Below are positions 37,598 through 48,387 of a stretch of 64,000 bases of DNA, in pieces. This stretch comes from Bacteroidales bacterium Bact_19 (GTDB taxonomy: Bacteria; Bacteroidota; Bacteroidia; Bacteroidales; ML635J-15), in contig LUZK01000016.1 of the NCBI GenBank assembly GCA_001603595.1, positions 20,408-84,407 on the forward strand. The letters are read 5' to 3'. Under the pieces are notes generated by a model. It had not been told where the DNA came from. It did not search any database and saw nothing but the letters and a program-made list of their open reading frames with translations. Position 1 is the first letter of the stretch, and every line of letters starts with the position of its first letter. The translations under genes were made by a program, and so were the position numbers.

Positions 37598-38980
37598 ATG
37601 CTTGATGACTCTACAATATGTGCAATTGCAAGTCCGGCAGGAATAGGTGCAATATCAATAATTCGACTGAGCGGGTTTAATGCTTTTCAAATCGCAGAAA
37701 AAATCATATCCAAAAAGGATATGTTTAAGAAGACAGAACATGGTAGGTTTCTATACACACCTGTAACTGATTTCACCGGAGAAATTATTGACGAAGTTTT
37801 ATGTGTGAAATTTTATTCGCCTCATTCATATACAGGAGAAAACAGTGTAGAGTTTTATTGCCATGGTTCGGAATACATTCAAAAAGAGATTTTATCTGCC
37901 TTGATTCAAAACGGGGCAACTCTGGCTAAGCCCGGAGAATTCACCAAAAGAGCATTTCTTAACGGAAAAATGGATTTATCACAATCAGAAGCCGTTGCAG
38001 ACTTGATATCATCAGAAACCAAAGAGTCCTCCAGAATAGCGTTTCGTCAATTAAAAGGTAACATTTCTACTGAAATCAAAGTACTTCGGAACAGAATGAT
38101 TGAACTTCTTTCTCTACTTGAATTAGAACTTGATTTTAGCGAAGAAGATGTTGAATTTGCTGATAGAACTGAAATTTTATCTTTAATTCAGAAAATATCT
38201 GATAAAATACAGAATTTAATTGATAGTTTTAGATACGGGAATGCAATTAAAAAAGGTATCCCAGTTGTTATAGCTGGAGAACCCAATGTTGGTAAATCAA
38301 GTTTATTAAACATTCTTTTAAATGAAGACAGAGCTATTGTTTCAGAAATTCCGGGAACAACTCGCGACACAATAGAAGAAGAATTTATAATTGATGGTTT
38401 TAAATTCCGTCTAATAGATACTGCAGGAATACGCTTTGCAAACGATAAAATAGAAAAATTAGGCATTGAACGTACCTATCGAAAAATTACCGAAGCCGAG
38501 ATTGTAATTTTTATGACTGAAGTTTTTACAGATTTTGAGGAAATTAAAGATAAAATAATTAAACTAAAATCCTATACAGATGTAAAAAACAAATTTATTT
38601 TGCTTATCATAAACAAAACCGATTTAATACAAAAAAAAATTATAATTCCAGAAATTGAATTTTTTGATAAAATCATCCCCATCTCTGCAAAAACCGGTTA
38701 TAATATTGAAAATTTAAAAATTGCTTTGCTTGAATACGTTCAATCTTTAAAACCTGTAAGTACAGAAACGATTATTAATTCTGTGCGTCATCTCGAGATT
38801 TTACAAAAAGCTCAAAATGCATTAAATTCAGCAAAGTATTCTTTTGAACAAGGTGCACCAAGTGATTTAATCAGTCAGGATATTAGAGAAGCAACATATC
38901 ATTTGGGAGAAATAACAGGTCAAATTTCCACTGATGAAGTTTTACAATTGATTTTTGAAAAATTCTGTATAGGAAAGTAA
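37598..38980 (+). CDS. mnmE: tRNA uridine-5-carboxymethylaminomethyl modification GTPase MnmE
   Basis: 460 aa with G1 motif GEPNVGKSS, DTAGIR and the C-terminal CIGK motif. Confidence 0.95.
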   Translation: MLDDSTICAIASPAGIGAISIIRLSGFNAFQIAEKIISKKDMFKKTEHGRFLYTPVTDFTGEIIDEVLCVKFYSPHSYTGENSVEFYCHGSEYIQKEILSALIQNGATLAKPGEFTKRAFLNGKMDLSQSEAVADLISSETKESSRIAFRQLKGNISTEIKVLRNRMIELLSLLELELDFSEEDVEFADRTEILSLIQKISDKIQNLIDSFRYGNAIKKGIPVVIAGEPNVGKSSLLNILLNEDRAIVSEIPGTTRDTIEEEFIIDGFKFRLIDTAGIRFANDKIEKLGIERTYRKITEAEIVIFMTEVFTDFEEIKDKIIKLKSYTDVKNKFILLIINKTDLIQKKIIIPEIEFFDKIIPISAKTGYNIENLKIALLEYVQSLKPVSTETIINSVRHLEILQKAQNALNSAKYSFEQGAPSDLISQDIREATYHLGEITGQISTDEVLQLIFEKFCIGK

Positions 38981-38991
38981 CTGTTAACAAA

Positions 38992-41900
38992 TTACCGTTT
39001 TATTGTAACATTACCAACAATTGGTTTAAAATCTTCCTGAAGTCTAATTGCATACCAATATGTATCGCTTGGGACAGGATTTCCGAGATAAGTTCCGTTC
39101 CATCCAAGATCTCCGCTGCGAAACTCATAAATTTTTTTCCCAAATCTGTCATAAATTTGAACAACTGCAGACGGGAACATGTGTAACCCGCCAATAACCC
39201 AATAATCATTGTATCCGTCACCATTTGGAGTAAAAAACGAAGGAATATCAAGAGATTCATCTAAAAATACTTCGCGTGAGATTAAGCAATAATTTTTATC
39301 TAGAACCCAAATAGTGTGATAACCGTAAGTTAAATAATCAAAAACATTTGAAGTTTGCCAGGAGTCTCCATTGGAAGAATAACTGTAGGGTTGAGTGCCT
39401 CCTTGAACAAAAACTGTAACACGTCCGCCACCGGTATGTATATCAGTAATAACCGGACTCGGAGCATAGCTAATATTAATGGAAGCACTAAGCGAGCAAC
39501 CTATTTCATCCGAAACAGTTAGGCTATAATTACCCGGTTCGGTAACGTTAAAATAAGAAAGATAACTCCCATCTTGCCAAGTATAATAGAGATACTGATG
39601 TTGCGGTTGAAGTTTATACTCTATTCCTTCGCATAAGGTTGTATCAGTACCTAATGTGAGATGTGGTAAGCGATGTTCTACGACATACACACTGTCAGTA
39701 GCAGAACAACCATTTGAATCCTCAGCAATAGCTACATATATTCCTGATTGAGTAACAATAATCGAATGACCGGCTTGCCCTGTATTCCACAAAACCGTTT
39801 CAAAATCACCAATAACAATAAGTTCAGCAGATCCTCCATCACAAAAATGTATATCCGGACCAAGTTCAAATCCTGGTTGTGGATAAATAATAATATTAAT
39901 TGTGTCAGAAGCCGAGCATCCTCCCTGATTTGTTACAGTTAACATATATTGTCCGGAATTTTGAATAAAAATACTTCTATCGGTTTCTCCTGTACTCCAA
40001 AGATAATTAACCCCCTCCTCAACAAATAAAGGACTTAAATCTAAAGGAGAATTTGTGCAAATTGTAAAATTTTCGCCCAATTCAAGTTGTGGATAATCAA
40101 GTGCATAAACCATAATATCGTCCGAAGCCTGACAACCATTACTATCCCAGGCAGTAACAACGACTAATTCTGTTTCATGGGCCCAATAATAATTGTTTGT
40201 ACTGTTATTGTGCCATAGATAATTTACAAATCCTGCAGGACCATCAATTCTTATGCTATCACCCACACAAAAATATCTGTCATCCCCCAGATTAACAATC
40301 GGTTTAGGATAATGTATAAGATTTACGGTATCATAGTAATAACATTGTCCATCATAAACTCTTAGCCAATATATTCCGGGAATTTCGGTAGAAAAGTCCT
40401 GTGTTGTCTGTCCATTTGACCATAAATATTCATTAAAACCCGCAACACTCAAACTAACTGATTCCAGAGGGCAAAAGAATAATGCATCCTGAACCAGTAG
40501 ATTTATATTTGGTAATTTTTGTAGTTGAACAATTGCAGAAGTGGTACACGAACTATTATCCATCACGGTAACAGAATACGTTCCGGGAATATGAACATTT
40601 ATAGAGTTTGTTGTTTCTCCTGTTGACCAGATATAAGAAATATAATTAGTTCCGGCATCCAAATTTACGGTATCGAATGGGCATACAGTAACTGAAGCAG
40701 GTAAATTAATAGGTATTGCATAAGGAGCAGGAACGTTTATGTCTGTCTCAATATAGCAATTATCAGAATCTGTTACAATCACATGATAAGTCCCGACAGG
40801 TACTCCGCAAAAATCTTCAGTAGTATGACCCGAAGACCATGAATAACTATATGGAGGCACTCCACCAATAACTGAAATATCAATACACATGTTATTTGGA
40901 TCACAATTTATGCTGCTAATATTAATTTCCCCAAATGCAAAGTAGTTCTCATATTTATAAACTAAAATTTCCTTCTTCCCGTATCCATTAAAAGAATTAG
41001 ACTCTACCCACAAATCCTGATCTGTGTAGCCTCCAATAAGTAAACTACCGTTATAGTCATAACTAATAGCCGAAGCAAATGTTGATTCATTACTTTTTGC
41101 AGTTTTCACAAAAACAAAATTCCCATTATTCTTGTACTTAGCTACAAATAAATCATAATGTGAAGGATGAGAGCTATTGATAATTCCATCACCAAAATCT
41201 GTATTTCCTCTAAAACCTCCACTAATGAAAATATTTCCCGAAAAATCTAAGATTATACTTCCCGGAATAATAACCCCCTGATCTCCAAAAGTAATTGTTT
41301 GCAAAAGAGTTCCCGTTGAATTATATTTTTCGATTCTTCCTTGATTTGTAAAACTATCGTTTTTATAAAAAACATAAACGTTCATTTCTTTGTCGGCGAC
41401 AACTGCCCCTGCCATATCATTATCCCCATTACTTCCCATTCGTTTTGCCCAAATAAAACTGCCTGATGAACTCAATTTAATCAGGAAAACATCTTTCTGT
41501 CCAAGAGCGATTATACTTTGCGAGCCAAACGACATAGTTCCTGAAAACTCACCTGTTACATAAATTTCTCCAGTAATAGCAACTTCAACATCAAAAGCTG
41601 TATTGTAAACAGAACTTCCAATATCTGAAGCCCAGATAAAATTCCCGGAGGATGAATATTTTGCAACGAAATAATTTTGCTCGTAAGAAATTAAGGTTTG
41701 GTTGCCAATGGTCATAGAGTTATAATAAGTCCCGGAGATAATGATATTATTAGTATTATCAATTTTAAGTTTTGCGGATGAATCATCATTACTACCACCA
41801 ATGCTGTGATGCCACAGCAAATTTCCGTTGCTGTCAAATTTTACCAAGATAATATCAGTACTATTGTTATTACTATTAATACTTTGCGAACCTAAAAATA

Positions 41901-42276
41901 CTTGTCCTTTAAATGTTCCAAGAGCATAAACATTTCCTTGATTATCAACAGCTATACCAGTACCATAAACATTGTTTATCCCATTTATAGTTTGGATCCA
42001 TATTAAATTACCATCAGTATCAATTTTTGCAATAAACATATCTTTTAAACCTAGTCCATATAAACTTTCAGGCCAAAAGTTTAGTTGTCCCATAAAGCTT
42101 CCGGTAATAAAAATATTCCCGTTAGCATCAGTAACAAGATCGTTAACCTGGTCATTTTCAATGTGTCCGGATAGCTTCAACCATGCCAATGAAAAATTAT
42201 TTTCACAATCAGTTTGTGAATTAGCAACAAACTGTTGTACAATAAAAAATAACATTATAATAAAATACTTTTTCAT
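38992..42276 (-). CDS. T9SS type B sorting domain (gliding-motility C-terminal domain) surface protein with SBBP beta-propeller repeats
   Basis: Start re-picked at the ATG at 42276 (MKKYFIIMLFF...). D.NGN.Y..G repeats in the N-terminal half. Cys-containing Ig-like modules in the middle. C-terminal FFTPNGDGYNDYW...GWNGTY...YWY is a type B CTD. Confidence 0.85.
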   Translation of the reverse strand: MKKYFIIMLFFIVQQFVANSQTDCENNFSLAWLKLSGHIENDQVNDLVTDANGNIFITGSFMGQLNFWPESLYGLGLKDMFIAKIDTDGNLIWIQTINGINNVYGTGIAVDNQGNVYALGTFKGQVFLGSQSINSNNNSTDIILVKFDSNGNLLWHHSIGGSNDDSSAKLKIDNTNNIIISGTYYNSMTIGNQTLISYEQNYFVAKYSSSGNFIWASDIGSSVYNTAFDVEVAITGEIYVTGEFSGTMSFGSQSIIALGQKDVFLIKLSSSGSFIWAKRMGSNGDNDMAGAVVADKEMNVYVFYKNDSFTNQGRIEKYNSTGTLLQTITFGDQGVIIPGSIILDFSGNIFISGGFRGNTDFGDGIINSSHPSHYDLFVAKYKNNGNFVFVKTAKSNESTFASAISYDYNGSLLIGGYTDQDLWVESNSFNGYGKKEILVYKYENYFAFGEINISSINCDPNNMCIDISVIGGVPPYSYSWSSGHTTEDFCGVPVGTYHVIVTDSDNCYIETDINVPAPYAIPINLPASVTVCPFDTVNLDAGTNYISYIWSTGETTNSINVHIPGTYSVTVMDNSSCTTSAIVQLQKLPNINLLVQDALFFCPLESVSLSVAGFNEYLWSNGQTTQDFSTEIPGIYWLRVYDGQCYYYDTVNLIHYPKPIVNLGDDRYFCVGDSIRIDGPAGFVNYLWHNNSTNNYYWAHETELVVVTAWDSNGCQASDDIMVYALDYPQLELGENFTICTNSPLDLSPLFVEEGVNYLWSTGETDRSIFIQNSGQYMLTVTNQGGCSASDTINIIIYPQPGFELGPDIHFCDGGSAELIVIGDFETVLWNTGQAGHSIIVTQSGIYVAIAEDSNGCSATDSVYVVEHRLPHLTLGTDTTLCEGIEYKLQPQHQYLYYTWQDGSYLSYFNVTEPGNYSLTVSDEIGCSLSASINISYAPSPVITDIHTGGGRVTVFVQGGTQPYSYSSNGDSWQTSNVFDYLTYGYHTIWVLDKNYCLISREVFLDESLDIPSFFTPNGDGYNDYWVIGGLHMFPSAVVQIYDRFGKKIYEFRSGDLGWNGTYLGNPVPSDTYWYAIRLQEDFKPIVGNVTIKR

Positions 42277-42280
42277 ATTC

Positions 42281-43288
42281 TTAAAAATCATCAATAAAAG
42301 CAGGAATATTATGCTTACCCCAGTTAACATACTTATCAGGGAAAAATCTCAATCCAAGGCAAATCTGATGAGTTCCGTAATGATAATTTTGCAATCTTGT
42401 TAATCCTATGTCATATAAATACATAAAAGTAAAAGCACCATAGGAAAAACCGAAAGAGGGCAACATTGACAAAGCAGCAAAATGTCCTGCATCAAGAGTT
42501 TGTCTGTATGAAAAGCCAGCCCAGAATTCAGAATTTGCCCTGATGTAAACAGATTTTATTTCTTTGTCTCCAAAAAGGTTAAATTTACAATTTACATCAA
42601 GTTGGTTCAACCCGTGAAAGTTTGTTTTAAACAATAATGAGGGTCGGATTTGCAATCTGCGTCCCAATGGAAAAATATGCCCGGTATGAGCATTCATTAA
42701 TACGTGACTAACGGGCTCAACAGTCAAGTTATACATTCGATCTGAATATTGCAAAAGATTATCAAATCCAAATCCTATAAAAGATTGACGATATGAATAC
42801 ATTATACCGGCATTCGCCCCCGGATTAAAAGTAACTCGTCTGGAATATGAAATTATGGGATCGTAAATATCACGTTCAAACTTTGTTTCGTCAAGCATGT
42901 GAAATATTCCCTTGAAAGACATTCCAAAAGATAAAATGTGTTTATCGTATCTTTTGCTGTTAAGCAAAGACTGAAACGACCAACTAAGTTGAACTCCATA
43001 CCATGAGTTAGGTCCGTTTTGGTCAGAAAATATATATCCTCCAATTCCACCGGTTCTGTCATTTAACCGATGTTTAAATAATAAAAAAGATGTTTTTGGT
43101 GCATTTTCAATTCCAATCCACTGTTGACGATGAATCATCTTAACTGTTGTAATTTCAGAAAGTCCGGCAAAAGATGGATTAACAAGCATGTAATCGAACA
43201 AGTATTGCTCGTGAACCGGCATATCTTGAGGAAACACTGGTTTTATAAGTAAAAATAATATTATCAAAGTAATAAAAATTCTCTGCAT
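42281..43288 (-). CDS. PorP/SprF family type IX secretion system membrane protein
   Basis: 335 aa with a signal peptide and the QYLFDYMLVNPSFAG N-terminal family motif. It lies immediately upstream (4-nt gap) of a type B CTD cargo gene, the usual arrangement. Confidence 0.85.
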   Translation of the reverse strand: MQRIFITLIILFLLIKPVFPQDMPVHEQYLFDYMLVNPSFAGLSEITTVKMIHRQQWIGIENAPKTSFLLFKHRLNDRTGGIGGYIFSDQNGPNSWYGVQLSWSFQSLLNSKRYDKHILSFGMSFKGIFHMLDETKFERDIYDPIISYSRRVTFNPGANAGIMYSYRQSFIGFGFDNLLQYSDRMYNLTVEPVSHVLMNAHTGHIFPLGRRLQIRPSLLFKTNFHGLNQLDVNCKFNLFGDKEIKSVYIRANSEFWAGFSYRQTLDAGHFAALSMLPSFGFSYGAFTFMYLYDIGLTRLQNYHYGTHQICLGLRFFPDKYVNWGKHNIPAFIDDF

Positions 43289-43291
43289 CGC

Positions 43292-43972
43292 TTACGTGTT
43301 ATAATTTCTTTCTCCAAAAATAGATGTTCCAATTCGTATCATAGTACTCCCCTCTTCTACTGCTATTTGCCAATCCCCGCTCATCCCCATACTTACTTCT
43401 TTGAAATCTGAATTATTTTTAAAAAAGTTTTCCTTTAAACTATCGAAAATCAGTTTAAGACTTTTAAATTCTCGTCTTACCCGCTCCATATCTTCAGTAA
43501 ATGTTGCCATACCCATCACACCACAAATTCTAACATTTTGCATTGCCTTATATTCTTCCGAATTAAGAATTTGAACAGCTTCATCGTAATCAAGTCCGAA
43601 TTTGGTATCTTCTTCGGCAATGTGAAATTGCAATAAACATTCTGTAATTTTATTCAACTTCAATGATTGTTTATTAATTTCCTGTAACAATTTCAAACTG
43701 TCAACAGAATGTATGAGTTTAACAAAAGGTACGATATATTTTACTTTATTAGTTTGCAAGTGCCCTATTAAATGCCAATTGATATCAAGATGCTTAAGTT
43801 GTTCATGTTTTGAAAGCATTTCCTGAACTTTATTCTCTCCAAAATTTCTTTGCCCTGCCTGATATGCTTCTTTTATTGCTTCAATGGGTTGAGTTTTCGA
43901 CACGGCAATAAAAAGCACATTTTCCGGAAGCAAACTTTTAAAATGTTTTATATTCTCACTTATATTATTCAT
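43292..43972 (-). CDS. yggS: YggS family pyridoxal-phosphate homeostasis protein
   Basis: AVSKTQP PLP-lysine motif and an alanine-racemase-N fold of about 226 aa. An alternative upstream ATG lies at 43990. Confidence 0.88.
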   Translation of the reverse strand: MNNISENIKHFKSLLPENVLFIAVSKTQPIEAIKEAYQAGQRNFGENKVQEMLSKHEQLKHLDINWHLIGHLQTNKVKYIVPFVKLIHSVDSLKLLQEINKQSLKLNKITECLLQFHIAEEDTKFGLDYDEAVQILNSEEYKAMQNVRICGVMGMATFTEDMERVRREFKSLKLIFDSLKENFFKNNSDFKEVSMGMSGDWQIAVEEGSTMIRIGTSIFGERNYNT

Positions 43973-44032
43973 TTTGGCACAAGGACTCATTTAATATTAA
44001 CTCTTTTTTTACAAAAAAGTTGCTTTACAATA

Positions 44033-44728
44033 TTAGTTTTTAGACCCCATAATAGCGGCTATCGAAAGAAAAACACCAAGCACAATGCCTAAGAGAGCAG
44101 CAAAAAGAACCTGCCATTCTTCAGGCAAACAAAAAGTAACCGTATGTGCGGGAATCCAGAAAAATGGAATTGTTTTTTTAAAAACGAAATTCCATTGTAC
44201 CGACCAATTTAATGACGGGAAAATTTCTTTGAATTTTATAGGTTTGAAAAATCCGGATAAAGTTCCTCCATTATCAATAATATGTGTGTCGGTAATTTTG
44301 TGAAAAGTCATGAAAACAGGAGCAAAAGTAAGGTTCATGGCAGTACTTATACAAAAAGCCACAAAAATTTTACTGCCGCTAATCGGACCAACTAATGCTA
44401 AATGAGCATTTTCCATACCCATATATTCGAGAAACTTCGGAGTTCCGGAAGCAAAAATTACAAAAGCCATTTTTATTCCAAGTCCCAGAAAACCCCAAAC
44501 AAATGCTCGTGGAATTAAGCCAAATCCGTGTTTATTATAAACCCCTTCTTTTATTCTCAAACCTATTGATTCTCCAAGAGTTGCTAAAACAGCAAATTTT
44601 ATAAAACTCATTATCATCCCGTGTTCTTTATTAAAGGCATCATAGGCATTATATACAGATTCAATAACAAAAAACGGGAAAAAAAACAAAATCACAACTA
44701 TTATAAAAATTATATCTTTTTTTTTCAT
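44033..44728 (-). CDS. hypothetical polytopic membrane protein
   Basis: 231 aa with about 6 hydrophobic segments. Family not recognised. Confidence 0.6.
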   Translation of the reverse strand: MKKKDIIFIIVVILFFFPFFVIESVYNAYDAFNKEHGMIMSFIKFAVLATLGESIGLRIKEGVYNKHGFGLIPRAFVWGFLGLGIKMAFVIFASGTPKFLEYMGMENAHLALVGPISGSKIFVAFCISTAMNLTFAPVFMTFHKITDTHIIDNGGTLSGFFKPIKFKEIFPSLNWSVQWNFVFKKTIPFFWIPAHTVTFCLPEEWQVLFAALLGIVLGVFLSIAAIMGSKN

Positions 44729-44739
44729 GATCTTAAATT

Positions 44740-44901
44740 TTATTTCTTATCAAAATTCATTTCTTTACCGCTATAAACCTTATATACTTGTTCAAGTTGC
44801 CGTGAAATTCTATCTTTTGAAAAAACTATCAGTACAATAAAGATTACAGCCAAAGCTATTAGTAATTTTTCGTTTGTAGAAAGTTTTCTCATTTTGGACA
44901 T
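44740..44901 (-). CDS. possible small single-pass membrane protein (53 aa), not in the ORF track
   Basis: ATG-initiated ORF MSKMRKLSTNEKLLIALAVIFIVLIVFSKDRISRQLEQVYKVYSGKEMNFDKK fills the gap between two same-strand genes. It starts 10 nt after the ligase stop and ends 12 nt before the next ATG. Confidence 0.35.
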   Translation of the reverse strand: MSKMRKLSTNEKLLIALAVIFIVLIVFSKDRISRQLEQVYKVYSGKEMNFDKK

Positions 44902-44910
44902 AGTAAAGAA

Positions 44911-46968
44911 CTATTTTTCGATTCGTATTCTGGCATCCACAGCTTTAACATAACGTGAATTTCCGAGTAATGGATTCAAGTCCAATTCAAAAATTTCGGG
45001 AGCAGCTTCTACCAAAGCAGAAATTCTTATTATTTGCATAATAAAGATTTCCTGATTTACACCTTCCTGACCTCTAATACCTTCGATTATTTTATAAGAT
45101 TTAAGATTCTTTATCATATCTGCGGCCTCTTGCTTTGAAACAGGTGAAATAGCAGTATTTACATCATGGAGAACTTCAATAAAGATACCTCCTAAACCTG
45201 CAAGTACAAGATGTCCGAATTTTTCTTCACGTTTAGCTCCGATAAAAACTTCGGTACCCGAAAGCATTTCGCCCATTAAAACAGCATAAGTATCTTTAAT
45301 TTTAATCAGTCTATTAAATTCCTTAACAACAGTTTCTTCCTCTTTTACATTCAGAACAACGCCTCCAACATCAGATTTATGAACAGGACCAACCACCTTC
45401 ATAACAAGCGGATATCCAATTTCACGGGCAAAAGCGACAGCTTCATCAACATTATAAACTACTTTTTCCATTGCTCTGTCAATTCCGGCTGCATCGAGTA
45501 AAGCTGATACCTTTTCCGGAGGTAGATATCCGTTTTCGGAACTTTCTATTATTTCTCGGATTTTAGATTTGTTAACTTCAGGTAATTCAATATTTTCGGG
45601 CTGAGGAAGTGGAACTTTTAAAGTTTTTGCAAGTGCGTTACCGAAAGTAACTTCATCGGCAAAATATATTCTTCCTTTAGAAATAAAATGTTCTATTTCA
45701 TTTTTAACATTAATAACTGAGGGTAAAATTGGGAATATTGGTTTTTTACATGACTTCATCTTCTCGTCGAGAAGGTCGTAAACATCATAAACAGGGAATA
45801 ATCCCGGCGAACCGAAAATAACAGCCATAGCATCAATATTATCGAAATCATTTTCACAAGCGTCAATAATATAACCTAGCTGTTCGGCAGTTCCGGTTGC
45901 TAGAAAATCAATAGGATTGGCTACAGAGCTTCCGGGAAATAATTTTTCAAGCAATTGCTGAGCTTTTTCACCTTGAATTTTTGGAATATTCAAACCGCCA
46001 TTACTTAGAGCATCCGTAAGCATAACGGCAGGACCGCCGGCGTGAGTAACAATCGCAATATTTTTTCCATTTGGTTTTGGATGCATAAAAATAGCTGCAA
46101 CAGTAGCAAGTTCTTCTCTACTGTGACATCTTACAATTCCGGCCTTTTTAAAGAGAGCGTCCACAGCAACATCAGGACTTGCCATTGCTCCTGTATGGGA
46201 AGAAGCTGCCCTGCTTCCGGCTTCAGAAGAACCTGATTTTATGGCTGCGATTTTAGCCCCCTTACGAATTAAGGAAGAGGCATGTTTATACAATTTTTGA
46301 GGTTTATTTACACTCTCGATATATAATAATTTTACCGGAGCAGATTCACCATGCACATAGGTTTCGTCAAGATGTTGCAAGATATCTTCAACTCCAAGCT
46401 GAGCGGAATTGCCTACCGAAAAAACACTACTAAAAGTCAGTCCTTTAGGAATAGCAGATTCCATAATAAAAACTGCAGTAGCTCCCGAACCTGAAATAAA
46501 ATCAACACCGTTTTGGGTTAATTGCGGAATTGGGGTTGTGAAAACTCCTGTATAATTTTGATTCATCATCCCAATACAATTTGGGCCGATTAAACTTCCT
46601 CTGTTCTTTTCGATGATTTCCACAATTCTCTTTTCCATTTCAGCACCTTCGTGACTTTCTTCGGAAAACCCTGCCGAAAGAATAATAAATCCACCGGTAG
46701 CTTTTTGATTTGCCAAAACATAAACAGTCTGTTCGCAAAATTTTGAGGCTATTGCCAAAATAGCACAATCAACCTGTGGTAATTCTTCAACACTTCTATA
46801 ACTTTTTATGCCTTGAACATAATCAAGTTTAGGATTTACAACATACAATTCACCTTTGAAGTTATTATCAATAATATTTTTAAGTACTTTTCCTCCGGGT
46901 TTTTGGATGTCGTCAGAACCGCCAACTACAACAATGCTGCGGGGATTTAATAATTTTTCGTTTATCAT
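44911..46968 (-). CDS. ADP-forming acetate--CoA ligase family protein (fused CoA-binding and ATP-grasp domains)
   Basis: 685 aa. N-terminal CoA-binding Rossmann (SIVVVGGSDD), a succinyl-CoA-synthetase-like flavodoxin domain and a C-terminal ATP-grasp. Confidence 0.88.
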   Translation of the reverse strand: MINEKLLNPRSIVVVGGSDDIQKPGGKVLKNIIDNNFKGELYVVNPKLDYVQGIKSYRSVEELPQVDCAILAIASKFCEQTVYVLANQKATGGFIILSAGFSEESHEGAEMEKRIVEIIEKNRGSLIGPNCIGMMNQNYTGVFTTPIPQLTQNGVDFISGSGATAVFIMESAIPKGLTFSSVFSVGNSAQLGVEDILQHLDETYVHGESAPVKLLYIESVNKPQKLYKHASSLIRKGAKIAAIKSGSSEAGSRAASSHTGAMASPDVAVDALFKKAGIVRCHSREELATVAAIFMHPKPNGKNIAIVTHAGGPAVMLTDALSNGGLNIPKIQGEKAQQLLEKLFPGSSVANPIDFLATGTAEQLGYIIDACENDFDNIDAMAVIFGSPGLFPVYDVYDLLDEKMKSCKKPIFPILPSVINVKNEIEHFISKGRIYFADEVTFGNALAKTLKVPLPQPENIELPEVNKSKIREIIESSENGYLPPEKVSALLDAAGIDRAMEKVVYNVDEAVAFAREIGYPLVMKVVGPVHKSDVGGVVLNVKEEETVVKEFNRLIKIKDTYAVLMGEMLSGTEVFIGAKREEKFGHLVLAGLGGIFIEVLHDVNTAISPVSKQEAADMIKNLKSYKIIEGIRGQEGVNQEIFIMQIIRISALVEAAPEIFELDLNPLLGNSRYVKAVDARIRIEK

Positions 46969-47164
46969 GTTTTAAAAATTTACTCAGTTAAACAGGTTAC
47001 AAAATTAATAATTCAATCTTATGATAAAAATATTGTAAGACTTTTCTAGAAAATAATCATAATAAATTAACATTAAATTTGATGTTAAACATATTAAGAT
47101 TTTTCTATTCTGGTCGGAGAAAAAAAAATTTACGGTTAATATTTTTTTAATCAAATAATTATAC

Positions 47165-47172
47165 TAATTTTG
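47165..47172 (+). promoter_or_regulatory. -7 promoter box TAATTTTG for the rpsF operon
   Basis: TAnnTTTG match about 52 nt upstream of the rpsF ATG. Confidence 0.4.
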
Positions 47173-47223
47173 CGGCTCGAATTTTAAAAAATAATGTTTA
47201 ATAATTAAAAGAGTAGAAGAATT

Positions 47224-47574
47224 ATGATTAATCAGTACGAAACCGTTTTCATTGCAACTCCCGTTTTGTCTGAAGCTCAGATGAAGGAAGCGGTTGACAA
47301 ATTCAGGAAACTCATCACTGAGCATGGTGAGTTAGTTCACGAAGAAGATTGGGGTTTGAGAAAACTTGCATACCCTATTCAGAAAAAAACTACAGGTTTT
47401 TATCATCTGTTTGAGTTCAGAGCCGAAGGTCAATTTGTAAATAAGCTCGAAACCGAATACAGACGTGATGAAAGAATTATTCGCTTCCTTACGTTCAAAA
47501 TGGACAAACATGCAATTGCTTACAGTGAAAAGAAAAGAAAAATGAAAAACGAATCAAACGCTAAGGAGGAATAA
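47224..47574 (+). CDS. rpsF: 30S ribosomal protein S6
   Basis: [10 protein letters not shown]...[19 protein letters not shown] is typical S6. Confidence 0.95.
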   Translation: MINQYETVFIATPVLSEAQMKEAVDKFRKLITEHGELVHEEDWGLRKLAYPIQKKTTGFYHLFEFRAEGQFVNKLETEYRRDERIIRFLTFKMDKHAIAYSEKKRKMKNESNAKEE

Positions 47575-47577
47575 GTT

Positions 47578-47847
47578 ATGGCACAGAATAATGGAGAAAT
47601 AAGATACCTTACCCCGTTGGCAGTTGAAGTAAAAAAGAAAAAATACTGCCGTTTCTTAAAAAACAGAATTAAATACGTTGATTATAAAGATCCTCAATTC
47701 TTAAAAAGATTCCTCAACGAACAAGGTAAAATATTGCCTCGTCGTATTACCGGTACCTCTCTTAAGTATCAACGTAAAGTTGCTCAAGCTGTTAAAAGAG
47801 CTCGCCACCTGGCTTTATTACCTTATGTAACCGATTTGTTGAAATAA
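47578..47847 (+). CDS. rpsR: 30S ribosomal protein S18
   Basis: KKYCRF...IKYVDYKD...LPRRITGTS...[19 protein letters not shown]. Confidence 0.95.
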   Translation: MAQNNGEIRYLTPLAVEVKKKKYCRFLKNRIKYVDYKDPQFLKRFLNEQGKILPRRITGTSLKYQRKVAQAVKRARHLALLPYVTDLLK

Positions 47848-47865
47848 TTTGTAGGAGGACGCACA

Positions 47866-48321
47866 ATGGAAATCATATTAAAACAAGATGTCGAAAATTT
47901 AGGACACAAAGACGATATAGTTAAAGTAAGACCGGGTTATGCTCGTAATTACTTAATTCCTAAAGGATATGCAATTATTGCCACTGAATCGGCAAAAAAG
48001 ATGCACATGGAAAACATGAAACAAAAACAACACAAAGAACAAAAATTACGTTCTGATGCTGAAACTGTTGCTAACAAACTTAAAGATGTAAAATTAACTA
48101 TCGCTACCAAAACAAGCAGTACAGGTAAAATTTTTGGTTCCGTTAATACAGTTATGATTGCCGAAGCCCTTGAAAAACAGGGTTTTTCCATTGACAGAAA
48201 AAACATAACTATTAAAGGTGATGCTATTAAAGAAGTTGGTAACTACGAAGCAACAATAAAGATTTACAAAGACATTAAAGTTACTATTAGTTTTGATGTT
48301 GTTGCTGAAAACGAAAACTAA
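47866..48321 (+). CDS. rplI: 50S ribosomal protein L9
   Basis: MEIILKQDVENLGHKDDIVKVRPGYARNYLIPKGYA. Confidence 0.95.
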   Translation: MEIILKQDVENLGHKDDIVKVRPGYARNYLIPKGYAIIATESAKKMHMENMKQKQHKEQKLRSDAETVANKLKDVKLTIATKTSSTGKIFGSVNTVMIAEALEKQGFSIDRKNITIKGDAIKEVGNYEATIKIYKDIKVTISFDVVAENEN

Positions 48322-48343
48322 AAAATTGTTAACCAATATTATG

Positions 48344-48374
48344 AAAAGTTGCTTTAGGGCAACTTTTCTTTTTT
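48344..48374 (+). terminator. rho-independent terminator of the rpsF-rpsR-rplI operon
   Basis: AAAAGTTGC-TTTAGG-GCAACTTTT followed by a T-run. Confidence 0.7.
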
Positions 48375-48387
48375 ATCCCTATAAGAT

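Noticed and set aside
46969-47223. A possible structured S6/S18-binding leader upstream of rpsF.
   Set aside because: The distance from the putative -7 box to the ATG is only about 50 nt, and I could not fold a convincing conserved structure by eye. This is left as a promoter annotation only.
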